From Gammaproteobacteria bacterium (GTDB lineage: Bacteria; Pseudomonadota; Gammaproteobacteria; Ga0077536): DNA of 64,000 nucleotides. Shown here piece after piece: positions 29,191 to 39,999 of the stretch. The position numbers were made by a program, and so were the translations under genes. Under the pieces are notes generated by a model, which saw only the letters and a program-made list of their open reading frames with translations, made no database searches and was not told where the DNA came from. Where the stretch lies: positions 2,048,001 through 2,112,000 of the forward strand of contig CAXXLL010000002.1 in assembly GCA_963662545.2 (NCBI GenBank), read 5' to 3'. Numbering within the stretch: the first letter of the stretch is position 1; each line of letters starts with the position of its first letter.

Positions 29191-29374
29191 AATGTCAGAT
29201 TTTGTTCGCCCGCTCGCGGGCGAATAGAGTGATCAGATCTTATCGCGCGATCGTCTCGCTCGTCATCCGTGCAATAAGCGAAACAATTCGCGGCGCGGTG
29301 TCAGCCGGGCGTTTAGTCAGCTCGAAAATCACTATAATGTCCGTCCCGTCGCAGGGAAAAATCAGGGGGAAACC

Positions 29375-29830
29375 ATGGCAGGACTTTATTACGAGGAATT
29401 CAGTATCGGGCAGAAATTCGACCACGCCATACGCAGGACAGTCACCGAAACCGATAACATCCTGTTCACAACGATGACGCACAATCCTGCGCGGCTGCAT
29501 CTGGACGAGGAGTACTGCCGCGAGCACACCGAATTCGGCCAACGGATCGTCAACAGCTGCTTCACGCTCGCTCTCATGGTCGGTGTATCGGTGCACGACA
29601 CGACGCTCGGCACCACCGTCGCCAACCTCGGCTGGGACGAAGTGCGATTTCCGCGTCCGGTTTTTCATGGCGACACGCTGCGGTCCGAGTCCGAGGTGCT
29701 CGAAATGAGGCTGAGCAAGTCCCGACCCGAAAACGGCATCGTCATCTTCGCCCACCGGGCATACAACCAGAAAGATGAACTCGTGGCCGAATGCAAGCGT
29801 TCGGCGCTGATGTTGAGGAAACCCAACTGA
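29375..29830 (+). CDS. MaoC family dehydratase
   Basis: [31 protein letters not shown]. Confidence 0.92.
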   Translation: MAGLYYEEFSIGQKFDHAIRRTVTETDNILFTTMTHNPARLHLDEEYCREHTEFGQRIVNSCFTLALMVGVSVHDTTLGTTVANLGWDEVRFPRPVFHGDTLRSESEVLEMRLSKSRPENGIVIFAHRAYNQKDELVAECKRSALMLRKPN

Positions 29831-30705
29831 TGATGCGATCACTCCTGTTCGTGCCCGGCGACAGCGAGAAGAAGCTAGCGAAAGCACTCGATCTCCTTGC
29901 CGATGGGGTGGTGCTGGATCTTGAAGATTCCGTGGTAGCGCAGCGCAAGGATCTCGCGCGAAACATGACCCGCGACTTTCTGATGGGCCGATCGAAGACA
30001 TCCACCCAGCTCTGGGTGCGGATCAATCCACTCGACAGTGGCGATGTACTCCACGACCTCGCTGCCATCGTGCCCACTGCACCCGACGGCATCATGCTGC
30101 CGAAGGCCGAGTCACCCCTGGACGTGGAAAAGGTATCCAACTTCATCGACGTGCTCGAGGTCGAACACGGCCTCGAGATCGGCAGCGTCGGCATCATCCC
30201 GGTCGCCACTGAAACGCCGACGGCCGTTTTCAACATCGGGGATTATCAATTCGGATCGCCGCGGATCCGGGCACTCACCTGGGGAGCGGAGGACCTGAGC
30301 GCCGCGATCGGCGCGAGCGAAAACGTCGACGAAATCGGCAGCTGGCTGCCGCCGCACCAGGTGACGCGCGCCTTGTGCCTGTTCGCCGCCTACGCCGGCG
30401 GCGTTCAGGCGATGGATACAGTGATGGCCGATTTTCGCAATGAGGACGGCTTGAAACGCGTGTGTAACGAAGCGCGTCGCGACGGTTTCACCGGCAAGAT
30501 CGCCATCCACCCGGCGCAGGTTCCCGTGATCAACGAGGCGTTCTCACCTTCGACTGAGGAACTCGCCCACGCGCGCGCCGTGATCGACGCATTCGCGGCC
30601 ACGCCCGACGCAGGCACCCTGAGCCTGGACGGCAAAATGATCGATCGGCCACATCTCACGCAGGCCGAGCGCATCGTCGCTCTTGCCGAGATGTTGGATC
30701 GGTAG
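29830..30705 (+). CDS. CitE-like (HpcH/HpaI aldolase/citrate lyase) CoA-ester lyase
   Basis: RSLLFVPGD, LDLEDSV, WVRINP, WGAEDL, GKIAIHPAQ, GKMIDRPH; translationally coupled to the MaoC gene. Confidence 0.9.
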   Translation: MMRSLLFVPGDSEKKLAKALDLLADGVVLDLEDSVVAQRKDLARNMTRDFLMGRSKTSTQLWVRINPLDSGDVLHDLAAIVPTAPDGIMLPKAESPLDVEKVSNFIDVLEVEHGLEIGSVGIIPVATETPTAVFNIGDYQFGSPRIRALTWGAEDLSAAIGASENVDEIGSWLPPHQVTRALCLFAAYAGGVQAMDTVMADFRNEDGLKRVCNEARRDGFTGKIAIHPAQVPVINEAFSPSTEELAHARAVIDAFAATPDAGTLSLDGKMIDRPHLTQAERIVALAEMLDR

Positions 30706-30820
30706 AGCGCCGCGCAGAAACGGAATTTCGTTTTTTCAAACGGCCTACACCGGGAATTAATCGAGGCGCGCCGGGAGCGGTACCCCGACAAAACGCAATT
30801 AATAACGAGGAGAACCGTTC

Positions 30821-31678
30821 ATGAGTAACTGGACTGAGAAGAAAAAATTCGTCACGGTCGATGGCAGCGCGATGGCCTATGTCGAAATGGGGCAGGGCCG
30901 GCCGATCGTATTCCAGCACGGAAACCCGACCTCGTCCTATCTATGGCGCAACATCATGCCCCAGCTCGAGGATCTCGGGCGTTGTCTTGCGATCGATCTG
31001 ATCGGCATGGGCGATTCCGACAAGCTGCCGGAATCAGGGCCCGAACGCTACACCTTCAAGGAGCATCGGCATTACTGGGACGGGGCACTGGATGCCTTGG
31101 GAGTCAACGAGGACGTGGTGCTGGTCATTCACGACTGGGGCAGCGCACTCGGGTTTGACTGGACGTACCGGCATCCGCAGGCGGTTGCAGGCGTGTGCTA
31201 TATGGAGGGTATCGTCAAACGCCTGAGCTGGGACGACTGGCCGACCTCGGCGGTCGACATCTTTCGTACCTTTCGCTCCCCGGCCGGCGAGGACGTCGTG
31301 CTGCAGAAAAATATATTCGTCGAAAACGTATTACCGGCTGCAGTCCTGCGCGATCTGAGCGACGAAGACATGGCCGCCTACCGGGCGCCGTTCCTAAACC
31401 CGGGCGAGGATCGCAGGCCTACCTTGACCTGGCCGCGCCAGATCCCGCTTGCCGACGAACCGCTCGAGGTGTGTGAAATCGTCGACGCTTACGGCGCGTT
31501 CATGAAGGATTCGGATATTCCGAAACTCTTCATCAAGGCCGAGCCGGGCATGATCATGAACGGCGCCCCAGGCGACTTCGCCGCCACCTGGAAGAACCAG
31601 ACCGAAGCCAAAGTGAAAGGCCTGCATTTCATGCAAGAGGATTCCCCGGACGAAATCGCCACGGCCATACGCAGCTAG
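30821..31678 (+). CDS. dhaA: Haloalkane dehalogenase (LinB/DhaA-like alpha/beta hydrolase)
   Basis: HGNPTSSYLWRNI, HDWGSALG nucleophile motif, RRPTLTWPRQIP, GLHFMQEDSP; may originally have extended to 31693. Confidence 0.9.
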   Translation: MSNWTEKKKFVTVDGSAMAYVEMGQGRPIVFQHGNPTSSYLWRNIMPQLEDLGRCLAIDLIGMGDSDKLPESGPERYTFKEHRHYWDGALDALGVNEDVVLVIHDWGSALGFDWTYRHPQAVAGVCYMEGIVKRLSWDDWPTSAVDIFRTFRSPAGEDVVLQKNIFVENVLPAAVLRDLSDEDMAAYRAPFLNPGEDRRPTLTWPRQIPLADEPLEVCEIVDAYGAFMKDSDIPKLFIKAEPGMIMNGAPGDFAATWKNQTEAKVKGLHFMQEDSPDEIATAIRS

Positions 31679-31811
31679 CTTGAGTCGATCTGAACTGGCC
31701 TCTTAATCGATCGCGACACCATGATTTCGCGGCACCCGATCATCGCGCCGCCGGCGATCCCCGATCGCTCGACTTCGACAAAACAAACGCCGCCGTAGAC
31801 AGGACAACGAC

Positions 31812-32630
31812 ATGAGTTCACACGATGAAAACGTTCGCAAGATTACGACCCGAACGCTGCGGGAGATGAAAAAAGAGGGCGAGAAAATCGCCTGCATCAC
31901 GGCCTACGACGCCGCTTTTGCACGGGTCATCGATCGCGCCGGCATGGATGTGATCCTGGTTGGCGACTCGGTCGGCATGGTGGTTCAGGGTCGTGCGACG
32001 ACGATACCGGTGACGGTCGACGAAATCGTTTATCACACGCAACTCGTTGAGCGCGGATCCGAGCGCGTGATGCTGATGGCAGACATGCCGTTTATGAGTT
32101 ATTCGTCCGCGAGCGACTGCCTGCTGAATGCCGCGCGCTTGATGAAGGAAGGCGGCGCGGAGATCGTCAAGCTCGAATGGGGAGAGCTCGAAATCGATAT
32201 GGTCGCGCGTCTGACCGAATGCGGCGTGCCGGTCTGCGCCCACCTGGGTCTGACGCCTCAGGCGATCCACAAATACGGTGGTTACCGCGTACAGGGACGT
32301 GAAGAGAAGACTGCGCAGAAGATGAAAACCGATGCGCGCGCGCTGGAAGAAGCGGGCGCCGACATTCTCCTGCTCGAGTGCGTACCGAGCGGCCTGGCCG
32401 CGGAAATTACGCGGGATGCGACGGTCCCGGTAATAGGGATCGGCGCCGGACCCGATACCGATGGGCAGATCCTGGTGTTATACGACGTTCTTGATATCGC
32501 GCCGGGCAAACGCACGCGCTTTTCCAAAAACTACATGGCCCAGGAAGGTTCGATCCACGGCGCGATCGAAACCTATGTGCGCGAAATCAAGTCCCAGGAG
32601 TTTCCGACCGCCGAATATGCATTCCAGTGA
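31812..32630 (+). CDS. panB: 3-methyl-2-oxobutanoate hydroxymethyltransferase
   Basis: TAYD, LVGDS.GMV, ADMPFMSY, AHLGLTPQ, IGIGAG..DGQILV. Confidence 0.95.
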   Translation: MSSHDENVRKITTRTLREMKKEGEKIACITAYDAAFARVIDRAGMDVILVGDSVGMVVQGRATTIPVTVDEIVYHTQLVERGSERVMLMADMPFMSYSSASDCLLNAARLMKEGGAEIVKLEWGELEIDMVARLTECGVPVCAHLGLTPQAIHKYGGYRVQGREEKTAQKMKTDARALEEAGADILLLECVPSGLAAEITRDATVPVIGIGAGPDTDGQILVLYDVLDIAPGKRTRFSKNYMAQEGSIHGAIETYVREIKSQEFPTAEYAFQ

Positions 32631-32644
32631 CGGGATGAACGAAG

Positions 32645-33499
32645 GTGGATGAATCGCTCGCGCTACTGGTAAGCGCACTCGAACTCGAACGGCTCGAGGA
32701 AAACCTTTTTCGCGGCGCCATCAGCGATACGCACCTCAAGCGCGTGTACGGTGGGAAAGTGCTGGGCGAAGCGATCAAAGCGGCGCAGTCAACCGTCGAC
32801 GAGCGTGATGTGCATTCCATCCACGCTTATTTCCTGCGCGAGGCCGACTCCCAGAATCCGGTCATCTACGAAGTCGAACGCAGCCGCGACGGTCGCAGTT
32901 TTTCCGCGCGGCGTGTGGTCGCGATTCAATACGGGCGCCCGATCTTCACGCTCGAAGCCTCGTTTCACAAGCCCGAGACGGGCCTGGAATACCAGGGCAA
33001 CATGCCCGAGGTGCCACCCCCTGAGGAACTCGCACGGGTCGTTTTCGAATCGATCAACCTGAGCAAGGCGTCGTCAAAGGTACAGCGCATCGCCAACATC
33101 GCAGCACCATTCGAGTTCCGGCCCATCGATCCCTATTTCAGCGACCCCGCACCGGGCACGCCGCCGCTGCGCCGCGTGTGGATGCGCACCGTAGACGCGT
33201 TGCCCGAAGATCCGGATCTGCACCGTGCGATCCTGGCCTACGTTTCCGACTACGGCCTGATCACGACCTTGTTGATGCCGCAGGGTGTGCGGCTCAACAA
33301 CGAGAAGCTGATGCTGGCAAGCCTCGATCACGCCATGTGGTTTCACCGACCGTTCGTAATGGACGATTGGCTGCTCTACGTCTGCGAAGGGGTGTCCTCG
33401 GGCAACGCGAGAGGTCTCGCGCGGGGTAGTTTTTACGATGCAGCCGGTACACTGGTGGTGTCAGTGGCCCAGGAAGGGCTGATTCGCCTTTTGGAGTGA
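32645..33499 (+). CDS. tesB: Acyl-CoA thioesterase II
   Basis: VYGG, HSIHAYFLR, RDGRSFSARRV, LAYVSDY, ASLDHAMWFHRP, QEGLIR. Confidence 0.93.
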   Translation: MDESLALLVSALELERLEENLFRGAISDTHLKRVYGGKVLGEAIKAAQSTVDERDVHSIHAYFLREADSQNPVIYEVERSRDGRSFSARRVVAIQYGRPIFTLEASFHKPETGLEYQGNMPEVPPPEELARVVFESINLSKASSKVQRIANIAAPFEFRPIDPYFSDPAPGTPPLRRVWMRTVDALPEDPDLHRAILAYVSDYGLITTLLMPQGVRLNNEKLMLASLDHAMWFHRPFVMDDWLLYVCEGVSSGNARGLARGSFYDAAGTLVVSVAQEGLIRLLE

Positions 33500-33711
33500 C
33501 GGTGGGCACCGGTTGAGATTTGTTGGCGTTATCGTTTGATAAACCGTCACCTTAGAAGCGCGGCATAGCTTGTGGCGGCAAGTTTTATTCGCCGCGCTAG
33601 CACGCGCACTACGACAGATTACGCAGTGGACCTGCGAGGGCCCCAATGAATTTCCTGCTACCCTCGTTCGGTGTATCTTTGCTGGCAACTCATATTACAC
33701 ACGGGAGAAAA

Positions 33712-34119
33712 ATGATCATGCTCAGGAATATCGCTTTGATGCTGGTAGTGGGATTGTCCGCAACGGCTCAGGCCAACGAAAAGTTTTACGAGTGCGATGC
33801 ACTCCACGTGTCCGAGTTGAACGATAGCGGTGAATTGGAACAGACCAATTTCGCCAAGGCCATTGCCGTGTACGAATCCCATTTCGCTGTCGACCGGGCA
33901 ACGGGTGCGGCGGCCCATGGGCCGTTCGGATCTTGGGACGCAAAAGATACGCAAGTATTGAGCCCGGGCACCGACACCGAGGCATTCAAGGTTCTATGGC
34001 TGGCAAAAGCGCCCTATGCCCATTTCAAATACCTGCTGGTTAAATCCTATGTCGAAGGCGACAAAAAACCGTTCCTGGGCCTGACCGGGAATGTCGTGAT
34101 TACCGGGCTGTGCGAGTAG
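33712..34119 (+). CDS. Hypothetical secreted protein with two Cys (islet cargo)
   Basis: GGAG RBS, signal peptide ending AQA, N-terminal YEC and C-terminal GLCE. Confidence 0.65.
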   Translation: MIMLRNIALMLVVGLSATAQANEKFYECDALHVSELNDSGELEQTNFAKAIAVYESHFAVDRATGAAAHGPFGSWDAKDTQVLSPGTDTEAFKVLWLAKAPYAHFKYLLVKSYVEGDKKPFLGLTGNVVITGLCE

Positions 34120-34639
34120 GGCGAATGCATGGAGCAAGCGCCGTGTCGACCGGCGCCTGCAGGAAAATCATCAACCCGAATTATCCGAAACGAGCGATGG
34201 GCTCAGATCAAATATTCCGGCCTAAAGTCGTATTCAACGGCACTTTTACTCTTCCTCGGTAAATGGCCTAACCCTGGCATCGAAAGGTATCTCGCCAAAA
34301 CCGGCGAGCAGAGCGCGCGCAAACGCATTACCCGTATTGGTCGCGAGTAATGGTTAAATCGATGGCGTAATCGCGACTTCACCACCAACGGGGCGTTTCA
34401 ATACACTTATGAGAAATCGTCTATATAATTATATTAATCTGATAGTTATCGTGTATATCTCATGTGATTAACGCTGTATAGAAATGCCACCTGGAACTGA
34501 TTCTGGGAAGACTGGACCGCGTCGGGTGGTTTCACTGACAGTTTGTGACGGACCATTGGCCATTATACGTCCGCGAGGGCGCGTTTTTGGGAAACCCGAG
34601 AGTCCTCGCGGGTGGGAGACGTTTCAATGTGCCGGGCAT

Positions 34640-34688
34640 ACTGGTCGTGTCGGTAAGCCAGGAAGGGCTGATTCGCCTGCTGAAGTGA
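34640..34688 (+). repeat. Displaced second copy of the tesB 3' end (att-like direct repeat)
   Basis: 41/49 identical to 33451-33499 with a 21-bp exact core CCAGGAAGGGCTGATTCGCCT; encodes LVVSVSQEGLIRLLK-stop. Confidence 0.85.
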
Positions 34689-34754
34689 AGGCCGCCGTAG
34701 ATCCGGGCCTTATTAAAGGCGGAGGATTCCTACATGCGCCGCGTACTCCGTGCT

Positions 34755-34777
34755 TACTTGCTTGTTGCAAACAAGTA
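34755..34777. promoter_or_regulatory. Probable TetR operator palindrome in the tetR-icmF promoter
   Basis: TACTTGCTTGTTGCAAACAAGTA is near-palindromic and directly precedes a TATAAC -10-like hexamer. Confidence 0.55.
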
Positions 34778-34800
34778 TATAACGCGGGATAATCTTCCCC

Positions 34801-35472
34801 ATGGACGCCCGTCTTAAATTCGATCCCGAGCGCCGCACTCAGGCCGAACGCACGGCACTGTCCGACGCGCGCATGCTCAACGCTGCCGTCTCCCTGATCT
34901 GCGAACGCGGCACGGCCGGCATGACCTTGAAGGGAGTCGGCGAGCGCGCCGGCTACAGCCGCGGGCTCGCGAGCTACCGTTTCGGCAATAAGGGCGGGCT
35001 GTTCGCCTTCATCATCCACTCGATAGGGGAGTCCTGGCTGCGCCAACTGCGCCGTACCGTGCGCGATCGGGTGGGCCTAGAGGCTATCGAGGCCGCGACG
35101 GACGCGCACTACGAGTTCGTGGTCGACGGCGCCGACCGCATACGCGCCTTCTACATCCTGTGGTTCGACTCGATCGGACCGGATCCTGAACTCAAACGGG
35201 TCGTCGCCCACATTCACGAACGGCGGCGGCGCGACGTCGCCGAATGGATCGAAAAAGGCATCGAGGCGGGCGCCATCGATGCCGACGTCGACATCGCGGG
35301 GACCGCCGAACAATTCTGCGCCGCTATTATCGGGATCGTCTATCAATGGCTGGTAACCCCCGACGCACACGCGCATATCCGCTTCCTCCATGAATCTTTG
35401 AAAAAACAAACGGCCGTCGGTCTGTCGAGACCGCGCCACAAAGTCATCGCGCAAACGGAGACCGCATCATGA
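34801..35472 (+). CDS. TetR/AcrR family transcriptional regulator
   Basis: N-terminal [28 protein letters not shown]; ATGA overlap with icmF. Confidence 0.9.
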   Translation: MDARLKFDPERRTQAERTALSDARMLNAAVSLICERGTAGMTLKGVGERAGYSRGLASYRFGNKGGLFAFIIHSIGESWLRQLRRTVRDRVGLEAIEAATDAHYEFVVDGADRIRAFYILWFDSIGPDPELKRVVAHIHERRRRDVAEWIEKGIEAGAIDADVDIAGTAEQFCAAIIGIVYQWLVTPDAHAHIRFLHESLKKQTAVGLSRPRHKVIAQTETAS

Positions 35473-38400
35473 GCACCCGAGCGGAAGATCTGAACAAGCT
35501 TCCCGAGGCATCCACGGCAACCGCGCCGATGCGTTTCGTCACCGCCGCGTCTCTGTTCGACGGGCACGATGCGGCCATCAACGTGATGCGTCGATTGATC
35601 CAGGCCGAAGGTACGGAAGTCGTGCATCTCGGGCATAACCGATCGGTCGCCGATGTCGTCCGTGCCGCCATCCAGGAAGATGCCGACGGCATCGCGATCA
35701 GTTCTTATCAGGGCGGTCACAACGAATACTTCCGCTACATGATCGATATGCTGCGTGACGCGGGGGCCGGCCACATCCGTGTTTTCGGCGGCGGCGGCGG
35801 CACGATTACCCCCGCGGAGATCGCCGAACTCGAATCCTACGGCGTAGAACGCATCTACCACCCGCATGACGGCATGCGCCTGGGCCTGGCCGGCATGATC
35901 ACCGATCTGGTGACCCGCACCGGCGCGGCGCGGCGCCAGTCCCCGGTGCCCGAGACCACCAGTCGTGACGATTTTCTCAGCATCGCCCAGATGCTTTCCG
36001 CTCTGGAAGACGGCGTCTTACCTGACCTACGCCTGGAGACATTACGCAAGGAATGGCGCATGGCGGCAGGGCCGGTACCGGTGATCGGTATCACGGGGAC
36101 CGGCGGCGCCGGCAAGAGCAGCGTGATCGACGAGATCCTGTCGCGTTATTGCCAGTATTTCCCGGACCAGACCATCGCCGTGCTGGCCGTCGATCCGACG
36201 CGCCGGCGCACCGGCGGCGCGTTGCTCGGCGACCGCATCCGTATGAACGCTCTGCGCCACGAAAATATCTACATGCGCTCGATGGCCACGCGCCGGCAAC
36301 ACCTCTCGACCAACGCCATGCTCGCCGACGCCATCAATCTCCTCAAGTCGTCCGGCTTCGATCTAGTGATCGTCGAAACCGCCGGCATCGGTCAGAGCGA
36401 CAGCGAAATCGTCGACCTGGTCGACCTGCCCGTTTACATCATGACCAGTGAATACGGGGCGCCCAGCCAGCTCGAGAAAATCGACATGCTGGATTTCGCG
36501 GAGCTCATCGTGCTCAACAAGTTCGACAAACGCGGTGCCGAAGACGCCCTGCGTGATGTCCGCAAGCAGTGGAAACGCAACCATGTGAAATTCGATATTG
36601 CGGACGAAGCAATCCCGGTGTTTCCGACGATCGCGAGCCAGTTCAATGATCCCGGCCTGACCTGGATGTTCGTGAACCTGTGCCGTAGCTTGCAAGAGAA
36701 ACTGGGCCTCGACGCCGCGGCCGGAATAACCGAAATCGACACCAGTATCAGAGAACCGCGGGCGACGGTACTCATTCCGGGTAACCGCATCCGCTATCTC
36801 GCCGAGATCGCGGAGCAGGGCCGCACAACGAACGGCGACATCGAACAGTTGAGCGACGCCGCAAATCAGGCTCAGCATGCCTTCGAAGCGCTGAAGACAC
36901 TCGAAGATTCCGAACTACCCGAGGCCTTCTCGCCGTATGCTCCCTCGTCGTTGACCGGCGGCGGTGATAGGTCACTGCTGACCTTGCGGCAACGCTACAA
37001 CGCGGCACTCGACGATATGGGCGTCGAAGCGCGCCAGCTGCTGGACCAATGGCCTGAGCGCTATCGTGGTATCACCAAAGAAACCTACAGCTACGAGGTG
37101 CGCGGAAAAGCAATCGAAGGGGAAAACTACAAAACCAGTCTGAGCCACCAGAGCATACCCAAAATCGCACCGCCCCGCTTCGACGGTTGGGGTGATCTGC
37201 TACGCTTTTTAATGAAAGAGAACCTGCCCGGCGCCTATCCTTATACCGGCGGCGTCTTCCCTTACCGGCGCGAGGGAGAAGATCCGACGCGCATGTTTGC
37301 CGGGGAGGGCACGCCCGAACGCACCAACCGCCGCTTCCACTACGTTGCGCACGGGCACCCGGCGGCGCGCCTGTCGACGGCTTTCGATTCCGTCACCCTC
37401 TACGGCGAAGATCCGCATGAACGACCGGATATTTACGGTAAGGTCGGAAACTCGGGGGTTTCCATCGCCTCGGTCGACGATGCCAAGAAGCTTTATTCGG
37501 GCTTCGACCTGTGTTCGCCGAAGACGTCGGTATCGATGACCATCAACGGGCCCGCCCCGATCATTCTCGCCTTCTTCATGAATGCGGCGATCGATCAGCA
37601 GATCGAGAAAACCCTCAAGGCCTCGGGTAGCTGGACCGCCGCGGAAAAGAAGATCGCCCGCTATTTCGAAGGTAAGCAACGTCCCCGTTACAAGGGGGAT
37701 CTGCCGCAGGGTAACGACGGGCTTGGTCTCGGACTGCTCGGCATCTCGGGCGACCGGTTGGTCGAGCGCGAAACTTACGAGCGCGTGAAGGCGGAAACGC
37801 TGGCCTCCGTTCGCGGCACGGTCCAGGCCGACATCCTGAAGGAGGACCAGGCGCAAAACACCTGCATCTTTTCGACCGAGTTCGCGATGACAATGATGGG
37901 CGACGTACAGCAGTTCTTCATCGATCACCAGGTGCGCAATTTCTACAGCGTCTCGATCAGTGGTTATCACATCGCCGAAGCCGGCGCGAACCCGATTTCG
38001 CAGCTCGCCTTCACGCTGACCAACGGCTTCACCATCGTCGAGTACTACTTGGCGCGCGGCATGAAGATCGACGACTTCGCACCCAATCTCAGCTTCTTTT
38101 TCAGCAATGGCATGGACCCGGAGTACACCGTCATCGGCCGGGTCGCGCGTCGCATCTGGGCACGGGCGATGCGCGAACGCTACGGTGCAAGCGCGCGCAG
38201 CCAGATGCTCAAGTACCACATTCAAACCAGCGGGCGCAGCCTGCATGCGCAGGAGATCAGCTTTAATGACATCCGCACGTCCTTGCAGGCGCTCTACGCG
38301 CTGTTCGACAATTGCAACAGCCTGCACACTAACGCCTACGATGAGGCCATCACCACACCGACAGAGCAATCGGTACGCCGCGCGGTCGCGATCCAACTGA

Positions 38401-38915
38401 TCATCAACCGCGAGCTGGGACTCAATTTCTGTGAGAACCCCTGGCAGGGCTCATTCATCATCAACGAGCTCACCAATCTCGTCGAAGAAGCCGTGTACCA
38501 GGAGTTCGAACGAATCAGCGAACGGGGCGGGGTGCTCGGCGCGATGGACACCATGTATCAGCGCGGCAAGATCCAGGAAGAGAGCCTCTACTACGAGCAC
38601 AAGAAGCACGACGGCAGCCTGCCGCTCATCGGCGTCAATACCTTCCTGCCGAAGGAGGGACAGGCAGAAGAGGTTACCGAGATCGAACTCATGCGTTCGA
38701 CCGAAGAGGAGAAGCAAGACCAGATCGCCTCGATCAGGAATTTCCAGGCGATCCATGTCGAAAGCTGCGATCAAGGTCTTCTGACACTGCAGGACGTCGC
38801 GCGCAAGCGTGGCAACTGTTTTGCGGAACTGATGGAGACCGTGAAACGCGCCTCTCTTGGCCAGGTATCGGGTGCGCTCTACGACGTCGGCGGCGAATAC
38901 CGCCGCAACATGTAA
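35469..38915 (+). CDS. icmF: Fused isobutyryl-CoA mutase/MeaB-like GTPase
   Basis: FDGHD B12-binding motif, [10 protein letters not shown]-loop, ETAG, NKFD, mutase domain RMFAGEG with Phe, [15 protein letters not shown]. Confidence 0.95.
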   Translation: MSTRAEDLNKLPEASTATAPMRFVTAASLFDGHDAAINVMRRLIQAEGTEVVHLGHNRSVADVVRAAIQEDADGIAISSYQGGHNEYFRYMIDMLRDAGAGHIRVFGGGGGTITPAEIAELESYGVERIYHPHDGMRLGLAGMITDLVTRTGAARRQSPVPETTSRDDFLSIAQMLSALEDGVLPDLRLETLRKEWRMAAGPVPVIGITGTGGAGKSSVIDEILSRYCQYFPDQTIAVLAVDPTRRRTGGALLGDRIRMNALRHENIYMRSMATRRQHLSTNAMLADAINLLKSSGFDLVIVETAGIGQSDSEIVDLVDLPVYIMTSEYGAPSQLEKIDMLDFAELIVLNKFDKRGAEDALRDVRKQWKRNHVKFDIADEAIPVFPTIASQFNDPGLTWMFVNLCRSLQEKLGLDAAAGITEIDTSIREPRATVLIPGNRIRYLAEIAEQGRTTNGDIEQLSDAANQAQHAFEALKTLEDSELPEAFSPYAPSSLTGGGDRSLLTLRQRYNAALDDMGVEARQLLDQWPERYRGITKETYSYEVRGKAIEGENYKTSLSHQSIPKIAPPRFDGWGDLLRFLMKENLPGAYPYTGGVFPYRREGEDPTRMFAGEGTPERTNRRFHYVAHGHPAARLSTAFDSVTLYGEDPHERPDIYGKVGNSGVSIASVDDAKKLYSGFDLCSPKTSVSMTINGPAPIILAFFMNAAIDQQIEKTLKASGSWTAAEKKIARYFEGKQRPRYKGDLPQGNDGLGLGLLGISGDRLVERETYERVKAETLASVRGTVQADILKEDQAQNTCIFSTEFAMTMMGDVQQFFIDHQVRNFYSVSISGYHIAEAGANPISQLAFTLTNGFTIVEYYLARGMKIDDFAPNLSFFFSNGMDPEYTVIGRVARRIWARAMRERYGASARSQMLKYHIQTSGRSLHAQEISFNDIRTSLQALYALFDNCNSLHTNAYDEAITTPTEQSVRRAVAIQLIINRELGLNFCENPWQGSFIINELTNLVEEAVYQEFERISERGGVLGAMDTMYQRGKIQEESLYYEHKKHDGSLPLIGVNTFLPKEGQAEEVTEIELMRSTEEEKQDQIASIRNFQAIHVESCDQGLLTLQDVARKRGNCFAELMETVKRASLGQVSGALYDVGGEYRRNM

Positions 38916-38973
38916 CCCAAGCGCCGCAGCCGTGTTGCCAACTATGCCGCACTGCAGGAAAATCTGAACCGTC

Positions 38974-39780
38974 ATGGCAGTCGATGCCTTCGGGCAGGAG
39001 CACGCACGCGCGGGCACTGAGGCGAGGATCGTTTCGCTGGTGCCGAGCATTACCGAGCTCTTGTTCGATCTGGGCCTTGGAGCGCAGCTAATCGGCCGCA
39101 CCGGTTTCTGCGTGCATCCCAAATCCGAAGTGCGCAAACTGACCAAGATCGGTGGCACCAAGGACGTCAATCTCGACGCGATACGCGCGCTCGCGCCCAG
39201 CCACGCAATCGTCAATATCGACGAAAACAATCGTGAGACCTTCGAAGCGCTGAACACCTTCGTGCCCCATGTGATCGTGACCCATCCCAACGCACCGCGG
39301 GACAATCTCGATCTCTACTGTCTGCTAGGCGATATCTTTGATCGCGTCGGGGCGGCGCGTCAGCTCGCGCGTGATTTCGAAACCGCCCTGGCGTCGATCG
39401 CGCGCACCCGTGAATCCCTACCCACGAAACGCGTGTTGTATCTGATCTGGCGCAAACCCTGGATGGCCGTATCGCAGGATACCTATATCTCTCGAACGCT
39501 CGAACTCGTCAACTGGGAAACCCTGCCGCGCGACTGCAGCGTCCGTTACCCGACACTGAGTGGAGAGGACATCCGGAAACTGCCGGTCGATATCTGCCTG
39601 CTCAGCAGTGAGCCTTATGCGTTTCGCGACAAACATCTCGACGAAATCGGACGGCTGATAGGTGCGCGCGAAAACGTACGTCTGATCGACGGAGAGATGA
39701 TCTCCTGGTACGGCAGCCGCGCGATTGCGGGCATCGATTACCTGGCGCGATTCGCCGCCTCATCGGCAGCCGCGCCGTGA
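38974..39780 (+). CDS. Helical-backbone metal receptor (BtuF-like cobalamin-binding protein)
   Basis: RIVSLVPSITELL, GRTGFCVHP, IGGTK, LSSEPY, DGEMISWYGSR; no signal peptide. Confidence 0.85.
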   Translation: MAVDAFGQEHARAGTEARIVSLVPSITELLFDLGLGAQLIGRTGFCVHPKSEVRKLTKIGGTKDVNLDAIRALAPSHAIVNIDENNRETFEALNTFVPHVIVTHPNAPRDNLDLYCLLGDIFDRVGAARQLARDFETALASIARTRESLPTKRVLYLIWRKPWMAVSQDTYISRTLELVNWETLPRDCSVRYPTLSGEDIRKLPVDICLLSSEPYAFRDKHLDEIGRLIGARENVRLIDGEMISWYGSRAIAGIDYLARFAASSAAAP

Positions 39781-39974
39781 AACCGGCCGCTCCGATCGCG
39801 TCACCGTGCGTCGAGGTGTGTAACATCGATGAAGCACGCGGTTATTGTTGGGGCTGCTTCCGAACGCTCGATGAAATCGCATCGTGGCTCGAATACTCGC
39901 CGGAGCAGCGCGCGGACCTGATGTTGGATCTTGAGCGGCGCCGCATAGCGTTCGGCGAGAAGGCACAATCTTAG
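39777..39974 (+). CDS. DUF1289 family Cys-rich small protein
   Basis: SPCVEVC..GYCWGCFRTLDEIASW. Confidence 0.88.
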   Translation: MKPAAPIASPCVEVCNIDEARGYCWGCFRTLDEIASWLEYSPEQRADLMLDLERRRIAFGEKAQS

Positions 39975-39999
39975 TTTGGATCACCACGGGGGAATCTCG

